Assembly (NCBI GenBank): GCA_963666985.2
Contig: CAXXIA010000002.1
Span: 2,336,001 to 2,400,000, forward strand
Source of the DNA: Spirochaetia bacterium
GTDB taxonomy: Bacteria; Spirochaetota; Spirochaetia; DSM-2461
Direction: 5' to 3'
DNA length: 64,000 bases
Shown here: positions 18,491 to 29,338 of the stretch, in pieces
Position numbering within the stretch: the first letter of the stretch is position 1
Layout: each line of letters opens with the position of its first letter
The notes under the pieces: generated by a model
The model's input: the letters and a program-made list of their open reading frames with translations, nothing else
The model's database searches: none
Told to the model about the DNA's origin: nothing
Made by a program: the position numbers and the translations under genes

Positions 18491-19615
18491 ATGCCTGTTG
18501 ATGAATTCGTCGACATCGGCGTTCTCTTCGGCGTCTTTTTATCCCTCATAATGATCGTCGCGCAGCTGCTGCTGGTAAAAAAAGATCAAAAGAATTATCT
18601 GTTCATCACGGCGATCGCGTGTCTCGGAATCTATCAATTATCCCTTTGTTTCGGCATGTTCGGGCAGATAGAGCATTGGCAGGAGATCTTCCGGCCTCTT
18701 TACATTCTCGGCATGGCCGCTTTGTTCTCCAGCATCCCGGCGATCTTCTTTTTCTTTCGTTCTCTTCCGGATGCGGAATATGCCTTGAATAAATACGCGC
18801 TGCCGCATCTTCTCATTCCAATTTTCGCGGCGGTTTCACTGCTCCTTTTCGGTCGCTTCCCGGTAAATCCTTCCGTCGCTCCCCCAAATTATTACGATTT
18901 TATTTATAAAAACAGCTTAGCCGTCCGCGTTATAGACATGCTCTCAATTATCTGTGCACTTCTCTATTTCTCTTTCTTATTTGTGTTTTATTACCTAAGA
19001 GCGAAGAAGGCGGAAAGTCATAGTAAAAGAAATATCATATTCGTTTTGTATTTCTTATTTCTTTCTCTTTTTTTCCTGCTGATTTATTTTCAGAGCATCA
19101 AGGATTCGGAATATCTCTATTATGTTTTCCGGTTGAGATTCACAATAATGTTGAGCGGCGTTTTCGTTTTCGGTTATCGTTTTCCCTATATCGCCAATAT
19201 CGTCAAACTCGAGGCTTACCGGGAATACTATTACAAGTCCCAACTTGCGAATGTGAATGTCGAACTTATCCTCAAAAGTTTGGAACAGATGATGGAGAAG
19301 GAGCATGCCTACAGAGAAAACGGCCTGACCATGAATATGGTTGCCAAAAGTCTGGATATTTCTTCTCATCAGCTCTCGGAGATATTCAATACTCGCTTAG
19401 AGACGACTTTCAGTGCCTATATCAATGAAAAGCGAATAGGATTTGCCGAGGAGCTTCTTCTTAAAGAACCCTACAAATCCGTAATGATGGTGGCTATGGA
19501 ATGCGGCTTTAATACGATTTCCACTTTTAATAAGGCATTTAAAAAGAAGACAGGCCTGTCGCCTTCGGAATATAGAAAGACAAAAAAATCGGGAAAAACG
19601 ATCAATGCGGATTAG
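18491..19615 (+). CDS. Membrane-anchored AraC-family regulator, paralog 1
   Basis: Multi-TM N-terminus and C-terminal AraC HTH (SHQLSEIFN...ECGFNTISTFNKAFKKKTGLSPSEYR). Confidence 0.85.
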   Translation: MPVDEFVDIGVLFGVFLSLIMIVAQLLLVKKDQKNYLFITAIACLGIYQLSLCFGMFGQIEHWQEIFRPLYILGMAALFSSIPAIFFFFRSLPDAEYALNKYALPHLLIPIFAAVSLLLFGRFPVNPSVAPPNYYDFIYKNSLAVRVIDMLSIICALLYFSFLFVFYYLRAKKAESHSKRNIIFVLYFLFLSLFFLLIYFQSIKDSEYLYYVFRLRFTIMLSGVFVFGYRFPYIANIVKLEAYREYYYKSQLANVNVELILKSLEQMMEKEHAYRENGLTMNMVAKSLDISSHQLSEIFNTRLETTFSAYINEKRIGFAEELLLKEPYKSVMMVAMECGFNTISTFNKAFKKKTGLSPSEYRKTKKSGKTINAD

Positions 19616-19668
19616 GCGGACGAACAACGACGGAGTCATCGTTCTATTGCTTGGCAAGGTTTACCGAA

Positions 19669-20790
19669 ATGCCCATTGAACGATTCGCCGACATCGGTGT
19701 TCTCTTCGGCGCGTTCCTGGCTCTTTTAATAACCGCCGGGCAGCTTCTTCTGGCTAAGAAAGATCAAAAGAACTATCTGTTCATTCTGACCATCGCGTGC
19801 CTGGGCCTCTATCAGGTATCCCTCTCTTTTCCCTTGTTCGGACATTTGGAGCATTGGCAGGAGATCTACCGTCCTCTCTACATCGCCGGCATGGGCGCCG
19901 TTTACAGCAGCATCCCGGCGATGTTTCTTTTCGTTCGCTCTCTCCCCGATTCGGAATATTCCAGGAAAGGGTACAGGCTGCTTCATTTCCTGATTCCGCT
20001 GATCGCGACGCTCGTCTTGGCTCTTTTTGTGTCGTTTCCCAAGGATCCGGCCGTCTCTCCGTGTGATTATTATGATTTCCTCTATAATGGAAGTCCGCTA
20101 CTTCGGATCATTGATCAAATCTCCGTACTCATGGCTTTAGGCTATTTCTCTCTGGCCTTTGCGCAATTCTATTCACTAACCAAGAAATCAAGCGATGAAA
20201 AGAAGAAAAATCTCTTAGCCGTTTTAGTTGTCTTATTCTTGATTCTTTTCTTCATGTCGCTTTATTTTCGATACTCGAATCAAGGCGACCTGCTTCATTA
20301 TCTGTTCAAGTTGCGATTCACCCTGCTGATGATCTGCGTTCTCGTTCTCAGCTACCGCTATCCCTATATCACCAACATCATCAAGCTGGAGGTCTACCGG
20401 GAGTCCTACACTAAATCCACCTTGGCGAAAGTGAATGTCGACAACGCCTTGATGCTTCTGGAGAAGTCCATGGAAACCGACCATGCCTTCCGTGACAGCA
20501 CTCTGACCATGAAAAGGATTGCCGCGGACTTAGGCCTTTCGGCTCACCAGCTCTCGGAAATTTTCAATACGCGTCTTAAAAAGACATTCAGTTCCTACAT
20601 CAATGAAAAGAGGGTTGCGTTCGCCAAAAAACTGCTGTCGGAAGAGATCGGCATGCCCGTAACCGACATCGCGAAGGAATGCGGATTCAATTCCATTTCG
20701 AATTTCAACACTCTATTCAAAAAGGCCGCGGGGATATCGCCTTCCGATTATAGAAAGTCCCTTCTTTCAGGTAAAAAGAAGGGACTTTGA
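19669..20790 (+). CDS. Membrane-anchored AraC-family regulator, paralog 2
   Basis: Collinear with paralog 1 (KKDQKNYLF, EHWQEI, HQLSEIFNTRL, ECGFNSISNFN). Confidence 0.85.
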   Translation: MPIERFADIGVLFGAFLALLITAGQLLLAKKDQKNYLFILTIACLGLYQVSLSFPLFGHLEHWQEIYRPLYIAGMGAVYSSIPAMFLFVRSLPDSEYSRKGYRLLHFLIPLIATLVLALFVSFPKDPAVSPCDYYDFLYNGSPLLRIIDQISVLMALGYFSLAFAQFYSLTKKSSDEKKKNLLAVLVVLFLILFFMSLYFRYSNQGDLLHYLFKLRFTLLMICVLVLSYRYPYITNIIKLEVYRESYTKSTLAKVNVDNALMLLEKSMETDHAFRDSTLTMKRIAADLGLSAHQLSEIFNTRLKKTFSSYINEKRVAFAKKLLSEEIGMPVTDIAKECGFNSISNFNTLFKKAAGISPSDYRKSLLSGKKKGL

Positions 20791-21050
20791 GAAGACCGCC
20801 GAATGTCTCTCACCGGAAAAGGCTCCCGACGAGGGCGCTGCGGTCCGGACCGCGGCCAAAGAGAATTTCCTGCCGGTATGATTCTATTCCTAAATTGTTT
20901 TACGGGAAAGACATACGCATATTAATGGCTAATTTGCACTATTTAAAAAAACTATCAGACTTATAAGATCCTGAGACAGTCTTCAATCTAACCGTCATTC
21001 TTTTCTTCCAAAAAAAGAGGCGGATAAGAAATCCGCGATTGGAGGAGACC

Positions 21051-21512
21051 ATGAAATCAAGGAACTTTGTTCTTTCGGGAATTCTGGCGGGGCTTCTTGC
21101 CGTTCTGGCGGCGGGATGCGGCAACCCCAATTCCAACGCTGACGGCGGGACATCTCTGCAGACCGGTACTTTGAGTATCGCAAGTAATGCCGAAAAAGAT
21201 GGTTACATAGCAGAAGTTCTAGGTAATGGCGCTGCAATGAGCTCAACTGCAACTTACTTACGTTTTGGCGACACATCAATTAATACCGTTTTTTACAATG
21301 CCGTCAGTTTTGATCTTTCGGAGCTTCCGGAGGATGCCTCCATTGCCTCGGCGGTTCAGAACGATCTTGACAACAGCCGAGACACCTGTGAATTCTGCGT
21401 CTATTCAGGAACGGATAATGACAGCACATTCTCATATGCTTACGTCTATACTGGAGACTATTCCGGCTACGAACCTTATCTTGAGCTGACGTACACATAT
21501 TCCGAGGAGTAG
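21051..21512 (+). CDS. Hypothetical lipoprotein, DNRLRE-domain-like
   Basis: GGAGG RBS; lipobox LAAG-C; SFDLSELPEDASIASA and C-terminal PYLELTY. Confidence 0.6.
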   Translation: MKSRNFVLSGILAGLLAVLAAGCGNPNSNADGGTSLQTGTLSIASNAEKDGYIAEVLGNGAAMSSTATYLRFGDTSINTVFYNAVSFDLSELPEDASIASAVQNDLDNSRDTCEFCVYSGTDNDSTFSYAYVYTGDYSGYEPYLELTYTYSEE

Positions 21513-21895
21513 GCGGTTCGGCCGGTGGGCGATACCGGCGTCTATTTTAACGGTTCCTATCAGTATCAGGCAGGTTCGTTGAGTTCCGTTGATGAAGGGT
21601 TGCGAATAATTGCTGAATCTTTCTCCGGGAGGGGCTCCCTAAGGGAGCTTTTTCCCGGAGTCTCCATGATTTGCCGGTTGAGCGTTTTTCTTCCGAATTG
21701 CTTTATGGAAGAGAGTTATTGGTTAGCATCGTTGATTTCCAAAGGTAAGGTATTGTCCTGAAAATCGTTTCCGGCGGCTGAATTTTCGGTCTCTCTGTTC
21801 GCAATATGCCTTGAAGTATAAACTGGTGCTGTGATTCATACGTTATTGATAAATATGAGCCGAATATCCGGCTATGAATATCGCCGGAGCTTCTC

Positions 21896-23170
21896 ATGAG
21901 CGGCGGCGCTCAAAAGACAGCGGGCGCTCCGAAGAAGGAGCGCCTGGGCGGATTCTTCGCCATGTTCTCCTCCGCCACCGTGGAGCGCTACTACCTGTAT
22001 CTGCTGGCTATGGCCCTCTTCGGTTTATCCTACGGGCTTTTCATCGGGGTGCAGGATAACTACTTGGCCTGGCTGGGCATCGGAAAGACCGGCCGCGGCG
22101 TGGTGGAGTTCTTTCGGGAATCTCCCGGTCTTCTTCTGATTTTCATTCTGGCCGCCTTTTCCCGGATGGCCGAGCGCAATCTCCTCCGGCTGTCTCTGAT
22201 TTTTTATGCTCTCGGTGTTATCGGAATTTGGATGTCGGGAACTTCAATTTTCGGAGCGGTGTTCTTTTTGACTCTGATGAGTACCGGTCAGCATCTGATT
22301 ATGCCGGTGCGCCAGTCGTACGCCATCCACGCGGCCGAAAAGGGGAAGGAAGGCCGGGCCGTCGGATTCATGCGCGGTTTGGAAAGCACGGGGAAGGTCG
22401 GAGGGCTGCTGGTTGTGCCGATTTTGTTCCTTCAGCCGTCCATCCGCGCGGACAGGGACGCCGGAGGCCGATTGGGTTATGTGATCATTTTCATCGCCGT
22501 TCTTATCGCCGTGGCGTTTTCTCTGACGGCCGCCATGGGTATGACGAAGTCCGGCGGATCGCTGGAGCGGAAGAAAATCTATTTCCACAGGAAGTACATG
22601 AAATATTACGGACTGGAGATTTTCTACGGCGCCAGGAAACAGGTCTTCATGACCTTCGCGCCGTACCTTCTCATCCTGGTGTACGGCGCCGGCGCCGAGT
22701 ATATCGCGACTCTGCTGCTCATCAGCGAATTGATCAATATCTTTTTTAATCCCCTCATCGGCCGCATCATCGATAAGCTTGGTTATCGGATGGTGATGAT
22801 CGGCGATACCTGCATCCTGTTTTTCGTTTGTCTTGTCTACGGTTTCGCCGGACGGTTTTTTTCACATCAAACGGCTCAGATGGTCATCAGTGTCGCGTTC
22901 ATTATGGACATGATGCTCTCCAACGCGTCCATAGCGTCCAGTATTTACGTGGGCCGGATCAGTGAGAATAAGGAGGAAATGACCTCCACTCTGTCCACGG
23001 GGCTTTCCCTGAATCATTTGGTGAGCGTTCTCATCGCTTTGGCGGGCGGCGTTATCTGGGAGAATGTCGGCGTGGGTGTCCTTTTCTCCATGGCCGCCGT
23101 CATGGCCGTGGGGAATACTCTGTTCGCCCTTACCGTGCCGAAGGTGGACGGGCACGGCCGCCCCGCGTGA
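21896..23170 (+). CDS. MFS transporter
   Basis: About 12 TM segments; FFRESPGLL, GARKQVFMTFAP and IGRIIDKLGYR. Confidence 0.85.
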   Translation: MSGGAQKTAGAPKKERLGGFFAMFSSATVERYYLYLLAMALFGLSYGLFIGVQDNYLAWLGIGKTGRGVVEFFRESPGLLLIFILAAFSRMAERNLLRLSLIFYALGVIGIWMSGTSIFGAVFFLTLMSTGQHLIMPVRQSYAIHAAEKGKEGRAVGFMRGLESTGKVGGLLVVPILFLQPSIRADRDAGGRLGYVIIFIAVLIAVAFSLTAAMGMTKSGGSLERKKIYFHRKYMKYYGLEIFYGARKQVFMTFAPYLLILVYGAGAEYIATLLLISELINIFFNPLIGRIIDKLGYRMVMIGDTCILFFVCLVYGFAGRFFSHQTAQMVISVAFIMDMMLSNASIASSIYVGRISENKEEMTSTLSTGLSLNHLVSVLIALAGGVIWENVGVGVLFSMAAVMAVGNTLFALTVPKVDGHGRPA

Positions 23171-23344
23171 TTTTTGTTCACTCGGCGCCGCCGATGAGCG
23201 CCCGCGCGGTTTTCGCTTCGGCATAGGGCTTAAGCACCCCGCGGGAAAGAAGGCCGATGGTCGCTCTGTTGGCGCTTGGTGGCGGAGAAAGACCGGAAGC
23301 CGCGGAAATAAAATCCGCTGTCCCTTCAAATCTCGAAAAGTGCT

Positions 23345-23917
23345 ATGATGCCGCTCATGAAACCGACACGAGAACAAGCGGAAAAACTTTTCTGCAAGTA
23401 CAATCAATCCGACAGTCTTTATCGTCATGCCGTTGCCGTGGAAGCGGTGATGCGGTATTTCGCGGGCGAATATGGTGAAGACGCCGAGAAATGGGGCATT
23501 ATCGGCTTTGTTCATGATTTGGACTGGGAAGAATGGCCCGAAGAACACTGTAAAAAGACGAAAGAACTTCTGGAAGCGGATGGCTGGCCCGAGGACTGGA
23601 TTCGCGCCGTTATGTCTCACGGATGGGGTTTGGTAACCGATGTGGAACCGGTTCATGTGATGGAAAAGGTTCTCTATGCCGTTGACGAACTCACGGGGCT
23701 TATCACCGCGACGGCCCTTATGCGGCCTTCGAAAAGTCTGATGGATCTGGAAGCCCGATCGGTCGTTAAGAAATGGAAAGACAAGGGTTTTTCCGCCGGT
23801 GTGAACCGGGATGTCATCGACAAGGGCGCGGCCATGCTGGGACTGGAGCGGAGCGAACTGATTAATAAAACCATTGCCGGCATGAGGATCGTCGCCGCGG
23901 ATCTCGGCCTCGGCTGA
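23345..23917 (+). CDS. HD-superfamily hydrolase
   Basis: RHAVAVEAVMRYFA, GFVHDLDWE, DELTGLITA and KKWKDKGFSAGVNR. Confidence 0.85.
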   Translation: MMPLMKPTREQAEKLFCKYNQSDSLYRHAVAVEAVMRYFAGEYGEDAEKWGIIGFVHDLDWEEWPEEHCKKTKELLEADGWPEDWIRAVMSHGWGLVTDVEPVHVMEKVLYAVDELTGLITATALMRPSKSLMDLEARSVVKKWKDKGFSAGVNRDVIDKGAAMLGLERSELINKTIAGMRIVAADLGLG

Positions 23918-23935
23918 ACCGCCGCGGTTGATTTC

Positions 23936-24892
23936 ATGACGGTCGATTCTCCGTATGCGGACTGCCGACTCTGCCCGCGTTTATGCGGCGCGGACCGGAT
24001 TGCGGGCGAGCGCGGTTTCTGCGGCGAAACCCACGAGCTTCGCCTGGCCGCGGCCGGACTCCATTTCGGCGAAGAGCCGCCTCTAACCGGGAACGGCGGA
24101 AGCGGAACCATTTTTATTTCCGGCTGCTCCATGGGCTGTCCGTTCTGTCAAAATCACCAAATCAGCAAAGGCGGACTTGGACGTGTTGTGGACCGGACGG
24201 AATTCATCCGTATCTGCGAAGTCCTCCGGGACGCCGGCTCCGAAAACCTTAATCTTGTTACACCGTCTCATATGGCTCCCACTCTCGCCGATTATCTGGG
24301 GGCCGTCCGCGAGGCGGGAATCGGCCTCCCCGTTGCCTGGAACTCGTCGGGATTCGAATCGCCCGAAGCCGTGGAACTGGCCGCGCCGCTGGTGGATATT
24401 TGGCTGCCCGATTTGAAAACCCTTGATGAATCGGCAGCGAAAGAAATTTACGGCGTTTCCGGCTATCCGCAGGCCGTCCGCGCCGCTCTCGGTGCGATGG
24501 CCGCGGCGAGTGAACTTTCTGTGGATGAAGAGGGCCGCCTTGTACGCGGTTTGATGATTCGGCACCTGGTTGTTCCGGGACGGCTGGAATCCACCAGGGG
24601 CGTTCTGGAGTGGTTCGCGGAGAATCTGGCGGAAAAGGCCTGGCTCTCGCTGATGACCCAATACACACCCGTCCGTGTTCCCGGAGAAACGAGGGCCGTC
24701 CCCGAAAGACAGCTGAACGGCTCCGAATACGAGACTCTCCTCGAATGGCTGGAGGAACTCGGAATAGACGACGGATTCCTTCAGGACCTGGTTCCCGGAA
24801 GCGATTGGCTGCCGGATTTTTCGCGGCCGAATCCGTTCGGATCGGAACTCTCGCGAATCCTCTGGCGGTGGGATACGGAATTCACCGTTTAA
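23936..24892 (+). CDS. Radical SAM protein, PflX-like
   Basis: CRLCPRLCGADR, HFGEEPP, GSGTIF and CSMGCPFC (CxxxCxxC). Confidence 0.85.
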   Translation: MTVDSPYADCRLCPRLCGADRIAGERGFCGETHELRLAAAGLHFGEEPPLTGNGGSGTIFISGCSMGCPFCQNHQISKGGLGRVVDRTEFIRICEVLRDAGSENLNLVTPSHMAPTLADYLGAVREAGIGLPVAWNSSGFESPEAVELAAPLVDIWLPDLKTLDESAAKEIYGVSGYPQAVRAALGAMAAASELSVDEEGRLVRGLMIRHLVVPGRLESTRGVLEWFAENLAEKAWLSLMTQYTPVRVPGETRAVPERQLNGSEYETLLEWLEELGIDDGFLQDLVPGSDWLPDFSRPNPFGSELSRILWRWDTEFTV

Positions 24893-25010
24893 TCCGCGGC
24901 CGCTCTTCGTCGGCCGCTTCTGCATAACCTTAACTTCCTTAGCTTCCGAAACCAATTTTTCCGGCGGCTTTTTTTCAGCACGAAACGGCGGGATCTTTTT
25001 CTACAGCCTG

Positions 25011-25712
25011 TTAGGGCGCGATTACGGTTCCGACGAATTCTTTCCCTTCCAGAATGGCCGTGAGATTCTCCAAATCCCGGCCCGCGGCGGCCACAACGGT
25101 CAGTCCCGCTTCGGCCGCCCGTTTCGTCGCCACCGGGTCGAAGGGGACATTGGCGCCGGGATTCCATTGAGTACCCGCCAAAACGGAGTATTCGTTCCAG
25201 GTTAATCGTTCCAGCGGTACGGCGTCCGGATTTTTCTTGGGATCGTCGCTGTACACCTGTGCGATGTTCGAAAGCATTAAGATTTGAGATGCTCCGAAAC
25301 GTTCGGCCAGCATGACCGCGTCGAAATCCGTTGAGAAGCCCGGTTTCCATCCGGCGGCCATGAGAATGCGTCCGGTAAAGTCGAAATCGGCCGTCGGATC
25401 GGTTACCACGGGGTCCGGACTGAGCGGTCCGAGAAGCGCCCTGACCATTTCCGCGTTGAGCCGCGTGGCCATTACGCCCACCCAGTCCAGTGATTCGGCC
25501 GGTGTGCCGGGCGCCAGTTCCCTCACCGCTCCCTGCCAGGCTCTGGCGGCTCCGCCTCCGCCCACGACCATGATGAATCGTTCCTCGGGATTCTTTCGCA
25601 GCCGATCCGCGATAAAAGCTAAGAATTGCTTCAGGAACGCCGTATCGGGTTTTTCCGGAGCAACGATGGATCCGCCGAAATCCAGAACAGTCACATTTGC
25701 ATTGTCTTTCAT
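25011..25712 (-). CDS. pyrH: UMP kinase, archaeal-type
   Basis: VLDFGGSIVAP, VVGGGGAAR, ATRLNA, GWKPGFSTDFDAV and VYSDDPKKNPDA. Confidence 0.85.
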   Translation of the reverse strand: MKDNANVTVLDFGGSIVAPEKPDTAFLKQFLAFIADRLRKNPEERFIMVVGGGGAARAWQGAVRELAPGTPAESLDWVGVMATRLNAEMVRALLGPLSPDPVVTDPTADFDFTGRILMAAGWKPGFSTDFDAVMLAERFGASQILMLSNIAQVYSDDPKKNPDAVPLERLTWNEYSVLAGTQWNPGANVPFDPVATKRAAEAGLTVVAAAGRDLENLTAILEGKEFVGTVIAP

Positions 25713-25879
25713 GGTCTTCTCCCGAGGGAATGATGCTCAGAATATCAGTCGGCATGCCTGAGGATAAAGATCATCCCGCTGAAAACCGAATATTATATTT
25801 TCCGAACCTTAATCGGGCGGCACGGAACGCCGTCTTGACGACCGGGGGGAAAGGGCGGTTAAATGGCCCGAGAGGTTTC

Positions 25880-26569
25880 GTGTTGAATCGTCCCGTCATT
25901 TTTCGCATTGTCATTATGCTGACCGTTTGCCTTGCGCAGGCCGGTTCCGCTTTCGGACAGGAAACGGCTTCCCGTTTTTTCGAAAGGGTTTCCGAGCGTT
26001 ACGAATCCATTGAGGATTACACGGCCGATCTGAAGATTACGAAAGGCGATGAGGAGCAGTTCGCGACCGTCTGGTACAAAAATCCGGACAAACTCCGTCT
26101 TGATTTTTCCGAGCCGGCCGAAATGGTTATCGCCGTTGGCGAAGAGACGCTCCAGGTCTGGGTTCCCTCATACGGCGTGACATTTTCTCAGCCGCTTAAA
26201 AGGAACAGTCAGGCTCAAATGGCCGGATTGTCCGGATCTCGGGGATTGGAGCTGCTTTCAAAATATTACACGATTTCCTATAATCCGTCCCCGACTCCGG
26301 TTCCGCTTGATGCCGGTTCCTCGGAAATGGTCGTCAAACTGAAGGCGGAATGGAAGACGACAAACGAAGGTTTCCGCAGACTCGAGCTGAGCATCGATTC
26401 CGACTTGAGAATTCGGAGGATAATCGGTGTTACAACCGTTGGTGAGACCATTATGTTCGATTTTTCGAACATGGTTCTGAATAAGGGGATTCCCGATACC
26501 CGATTTGACTATGAAAGTCCGCCAACCGGTAATACCATCGAGAATTTTTTATTTGATCCGGAGAGCTGA
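25880..26569 (+). CDS. lolA: Outer-membrane lipoprotein carrier LolA family protein
   Basis: Signal peptide; YKNPDKLRLDFSEP and FDFSNMVLNKGIPDTRFDYESP; start (GTG 25880) estimated. Confidence 0.75.
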   Translation: MLNRPVIFRIVIMLTVCLAQAGSAFGQETASRFFERVSERYESIEDYTADLKITKGDEEQFATVWYKNPDKLRLDFSEPAEMVIAVGEETLQVWVPSYGVTFSQPLKRNSQAQMAGLSGSRGLELLSKYYTISYNPSPTPVPLDAGSSEMVVKLKAEWKTTNEGFRRLELSIDSDLRIRRIIGVTTVGETIMFDFSNMVLNKGIPDTRFDYESPPTGNTIENFLFDPES

Positions 26570-26574
26570 ACATC

Positions 26575-27670
26575 ATGAAATCCCTAGGCGACACATTAAA
26601 GACGGCGCGTGAAGAACGCGGGATTTCCATGGATCAGGTGGTTCATGAAACGAATATCTCCCGGAACTACCTCGAAGCACTTGAGAATGAGGATTTTGAC
26701 GAGTTTCCCGCGGAGGCCTATCTCATAGGCTTCCTTCGAAATTATTCGGATTTCCTGGGACTCGACTCCGACAAAATCGTCGGCCAATTCAAAAATTACA
26801 AACTCAGCGAGGAACCGACTCCCTTACAGGAATTGGTCGGCCGGCCGAAAGGTTCGGTGATTAAAAAGATAGGTCCCTGGGTTCTGATTGCGGTTGTTTT
26901 GGCCGCCGCGGGAGTCCTCGGGATTCCCCGTCTGATTTCCGTGGCCGGCAACTTTAAGGAAGAGCGGGCCCGAAAGGCCGAAGAGGCGCAGGAACCGGCG
27001 GAAATCCGTGAGATTGTCCCCCCCCCCGCCGCTTTGGGAAGGAGAGATTCGCCCGACGGATATTCTCGTTCTCGAGGGCCCCGACGGAACTCTCCGTCTG
27101 TCGGTCTCCGGCGGAGAAGGCTCGCTGGCGTTTTCCGATACCGATGGACATATCTGGTCCATGATTTTGGGTGAAGAAATCTATATCCCGGACAGTCACG
27201 GAAAACCCGCCTGGAGAATGTATCTGAAGGATCTGGGACTTCCGGGAAACGGCGGAATCCTCGAAATCCAGTTGTTGGCTGAAATTATCGCCGAAGAGGA
27301 TTATGTCGCCCAAGATGTCGAGCCTCCCAGCGGAGAAGCCGAACGCCGCCGTGAACCGCAGATTATCTTCGGCGCGGAGAGACCGGATCGGTTTACCCTG
27401 GAAATCGCGTTCAATGATTTTTGTCTGTTCCGCTATAAGGTCGACAGCCAGGAACCCCGGGAAGACTATTATGCCAACGGCGAGAACTTTCGTCTGGACA
27501 TAGGCCGAACCCTGACGATTTGGGCCTCGAACGCCGGCGCTCTTTCCGCTAAAATCGGTGGGAAGGAATTGGTTTTGGGGAAACGCGGAGAAGTTTCCGT
27601 CGGGCAGTTCCGCTGGGTGCTTAACCAGGACAGCGGCGCTTACGATTTGTCATTCGTTCCCCTGTACTGA
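26575..27670 (+). pseudogene. rodZ: RodZ-like protein (HTH + TM + DUF4115-like C-terminus) split by a frameshift in a C10 tract
   Basis: ORF 26575-27174 has the HTH (LEALENEDFDEFPAEAYLIGFLRNYSDFLGL) and TM; ORF 27008-27670 in the +1 frame has IWASNAGAL...LGKRGEV; the frames join at C10 27018-27027. Confidence 0.8.
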
Positions 27671-27795
27671 TACGCGTCCGGTTCCGCCGCTTACGGCGTT
27701 ATGAACCGGCGAATGATTCGGAAGGACGAGAGTGACGCGCGGATGAAGTCCGTGCGTCGCGGAAACGTCGCCGGATGCCCCGAAGAGAGCATATA

Positions 27796-29289
27796 ATGAA
27801 CATTATGTCTTCAGACCGAATCCCCGGCGTTTCGTCCGGCGGCGGTGTTTTTTACGTGGAAAACTTGGGCTGCGCGAAAAACCAAGTCGATGCCGAGGTT
27901 ATCATCGCTTCCCTGAAAGCATCCGGCTGGACCTATGCTCCCGACAATCCCGATTCGGCCGACCTTATTATCGTCAATACCTGCGGCTTCATCCGGAGCG
28001 CTCAGCAGGAAGCTCTGGACGCGCTGATGGGCGCCAAACGCGAGTACCCGCATAAGCGCGTTATCGCCGCGGGATGTTTGGCCCAAAGATGGGCGAAGGA
28101 ACTCTCCGACCTGCTTCCCGAACTGGACGGTGTTTTCGGCAACAGGTCTCCCCGGCGCATCGCCGAGATCACCGAAGCCGTGATGGCCGGAAAAAAACCC
28201 GTTTTTACGCCGGAAGGAGAAAATCAGGGTGCCGACAGGCGTGATTTTTTCGGTTTTAAACGATCTGTTTTCCTGAAAATCGCCGACGGATGCGATCATC
28301 GCTGCCGCTATTGCGCCATTCCTTTGATTAAAGGTCCGCTGGTCAGCCGACCCGAAGCGGATATTCTGGCGGAGACGGACGCCCTGTTGGCTCAGGGCGT
28401 TTATGAGATCAATCTTGTCGCTCAGGATCTGTCGGCCTACGGATCGGACCGCGGAGAGCGGGGCGGGGAAGGATTGATCCGTCTTCTTCGCGGCATTCTG
28501 GATACGAAGCGGGTTCGGGACGATTTTCGGATTCGGCTTTTGTATCTGCATCCCGACGAGTTCCCTCTCGGCCTGCTCGATCTTATGGCTTCCGATCCGA
28601 GGCTGCTGCCTTACCTCGACATTCCCTTCCAGCATGCCTCCGCGCCGGTGCTGCGGGCCATGGGACGCTCCGGAAACACGGATTCCTATCTTCGTCTTAT
28701 CGATACGATCCGCGGCAAACTTCCCGATGCCGCGATCCGTTCCACCTTCCTTGTGGGGCATCCGGGAGAAGGCCGCCGTGAGTTCGCGGAGCTCCTTCGG
28801 TTCCAAGAGCGGGCCGAACTCGAATGGGTCGGTGTTTTTGCCTGGTCCCGGGAGGAGGGAACGCCGTCGGCCGAAGACCGGGGAGTCTTTTTCTCCCGCT
28901 TCGGGGAATTAATCGGCCGAAGGCGCAAGGAAGAAATCGAAGCGCGCCAAACCCCGCTAACGGAAATGAGGCTGGAGAGGATGATCGGGCGGGAAATCGA
29001 CGTGCTCGTGGAAGAACCGGTGGACGGCGAAGAGTTGGCCATCGGCCGGGGGCCCATGCACGCGCCGGAGGTGGACGGCAGTATCGTCCTTTCTCTGGAA
29101 GATTCGCGGGAAGGCGATGTGGTCCGTTCCCGCATTACGGGCCGGAGCGGATTTGATCTCCGGGGAGAGCCGGTCGCACAGACGGGTAAAACGGCGACCG
29201 GTTCCAGGGCCGCGGGGAAAGCGGATTCCGGATCGCCGGCAGTTGATGCGCCGTTACCGAATGATCCGGCCGCAGGGGGCGCCTTGTGA
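27796..29289 (+). CDS. rimO: Ribosomal protein S12 methylthiotransferase
   Basis: LGCAKNQVDAE, VNTCGFI, KIADGCDHRCRYCAIP, YLDIPFQHAS and APEVDG. Confidence 0.93.
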   Translation: MNIMSSDRIPGVSSGGGVFYVENLGCAKNQVDAEVIIASLKASGWTYAPDNPDSADLIIVNTCGFIRSAQQEALDALMGAKREYPHKRVIAAGCLAQRWAKELSDLLPELDGVFGNRSPRRIAEITEAVMAGKKPVFTPEGENQGADRRDFFGFKRSVFLKIADGCDHRCRYCAIPLIKGPLVSRPEADILAETDALLAQGVYEINLVAQDLSAYGSDRGERGGEGLIRLLRGILDTKRVRDDFRIRLLYLHPDEFPLGLLDLMASDPRLLPYLDIPFQHASAPVLRAMGRSGNTDSYLRLIDTIRGKLPDAAIRSTFLVGHPGEGRREFAELLRFQERAELEWVGVFAWSREEGTPSAEDRGVFFSRFGELIGRRRKEEIEARQTPLTEMRLERMIGREIDVLVEEPVDGEELAIGRGPMHAPEVDGSIVLSLEDSREGDVVRSRITGRSGFDLRGEPVAQTGKTATGSRAAGKADSGSPAVDAPLPNDPAAGGAL

Positions 29290-29338
29290 TCTTTATGCGG
29301 CTCCCGCCCCAAATACCGGTTTCTCTTTGGAGCAAGGC

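Noticed and set aside
21525..21761. 78-aa ORF after the lipoprotein
   Set aside because: No recognisable motif; could be a gene fragment but cannot be supported.
25011..25712. Archaeal-type PyrH as a recent horizontal transfer
   Set aside because: Composition looks like the surrounding core genes, and to my knowledge this type occurs in other spirochaetes.
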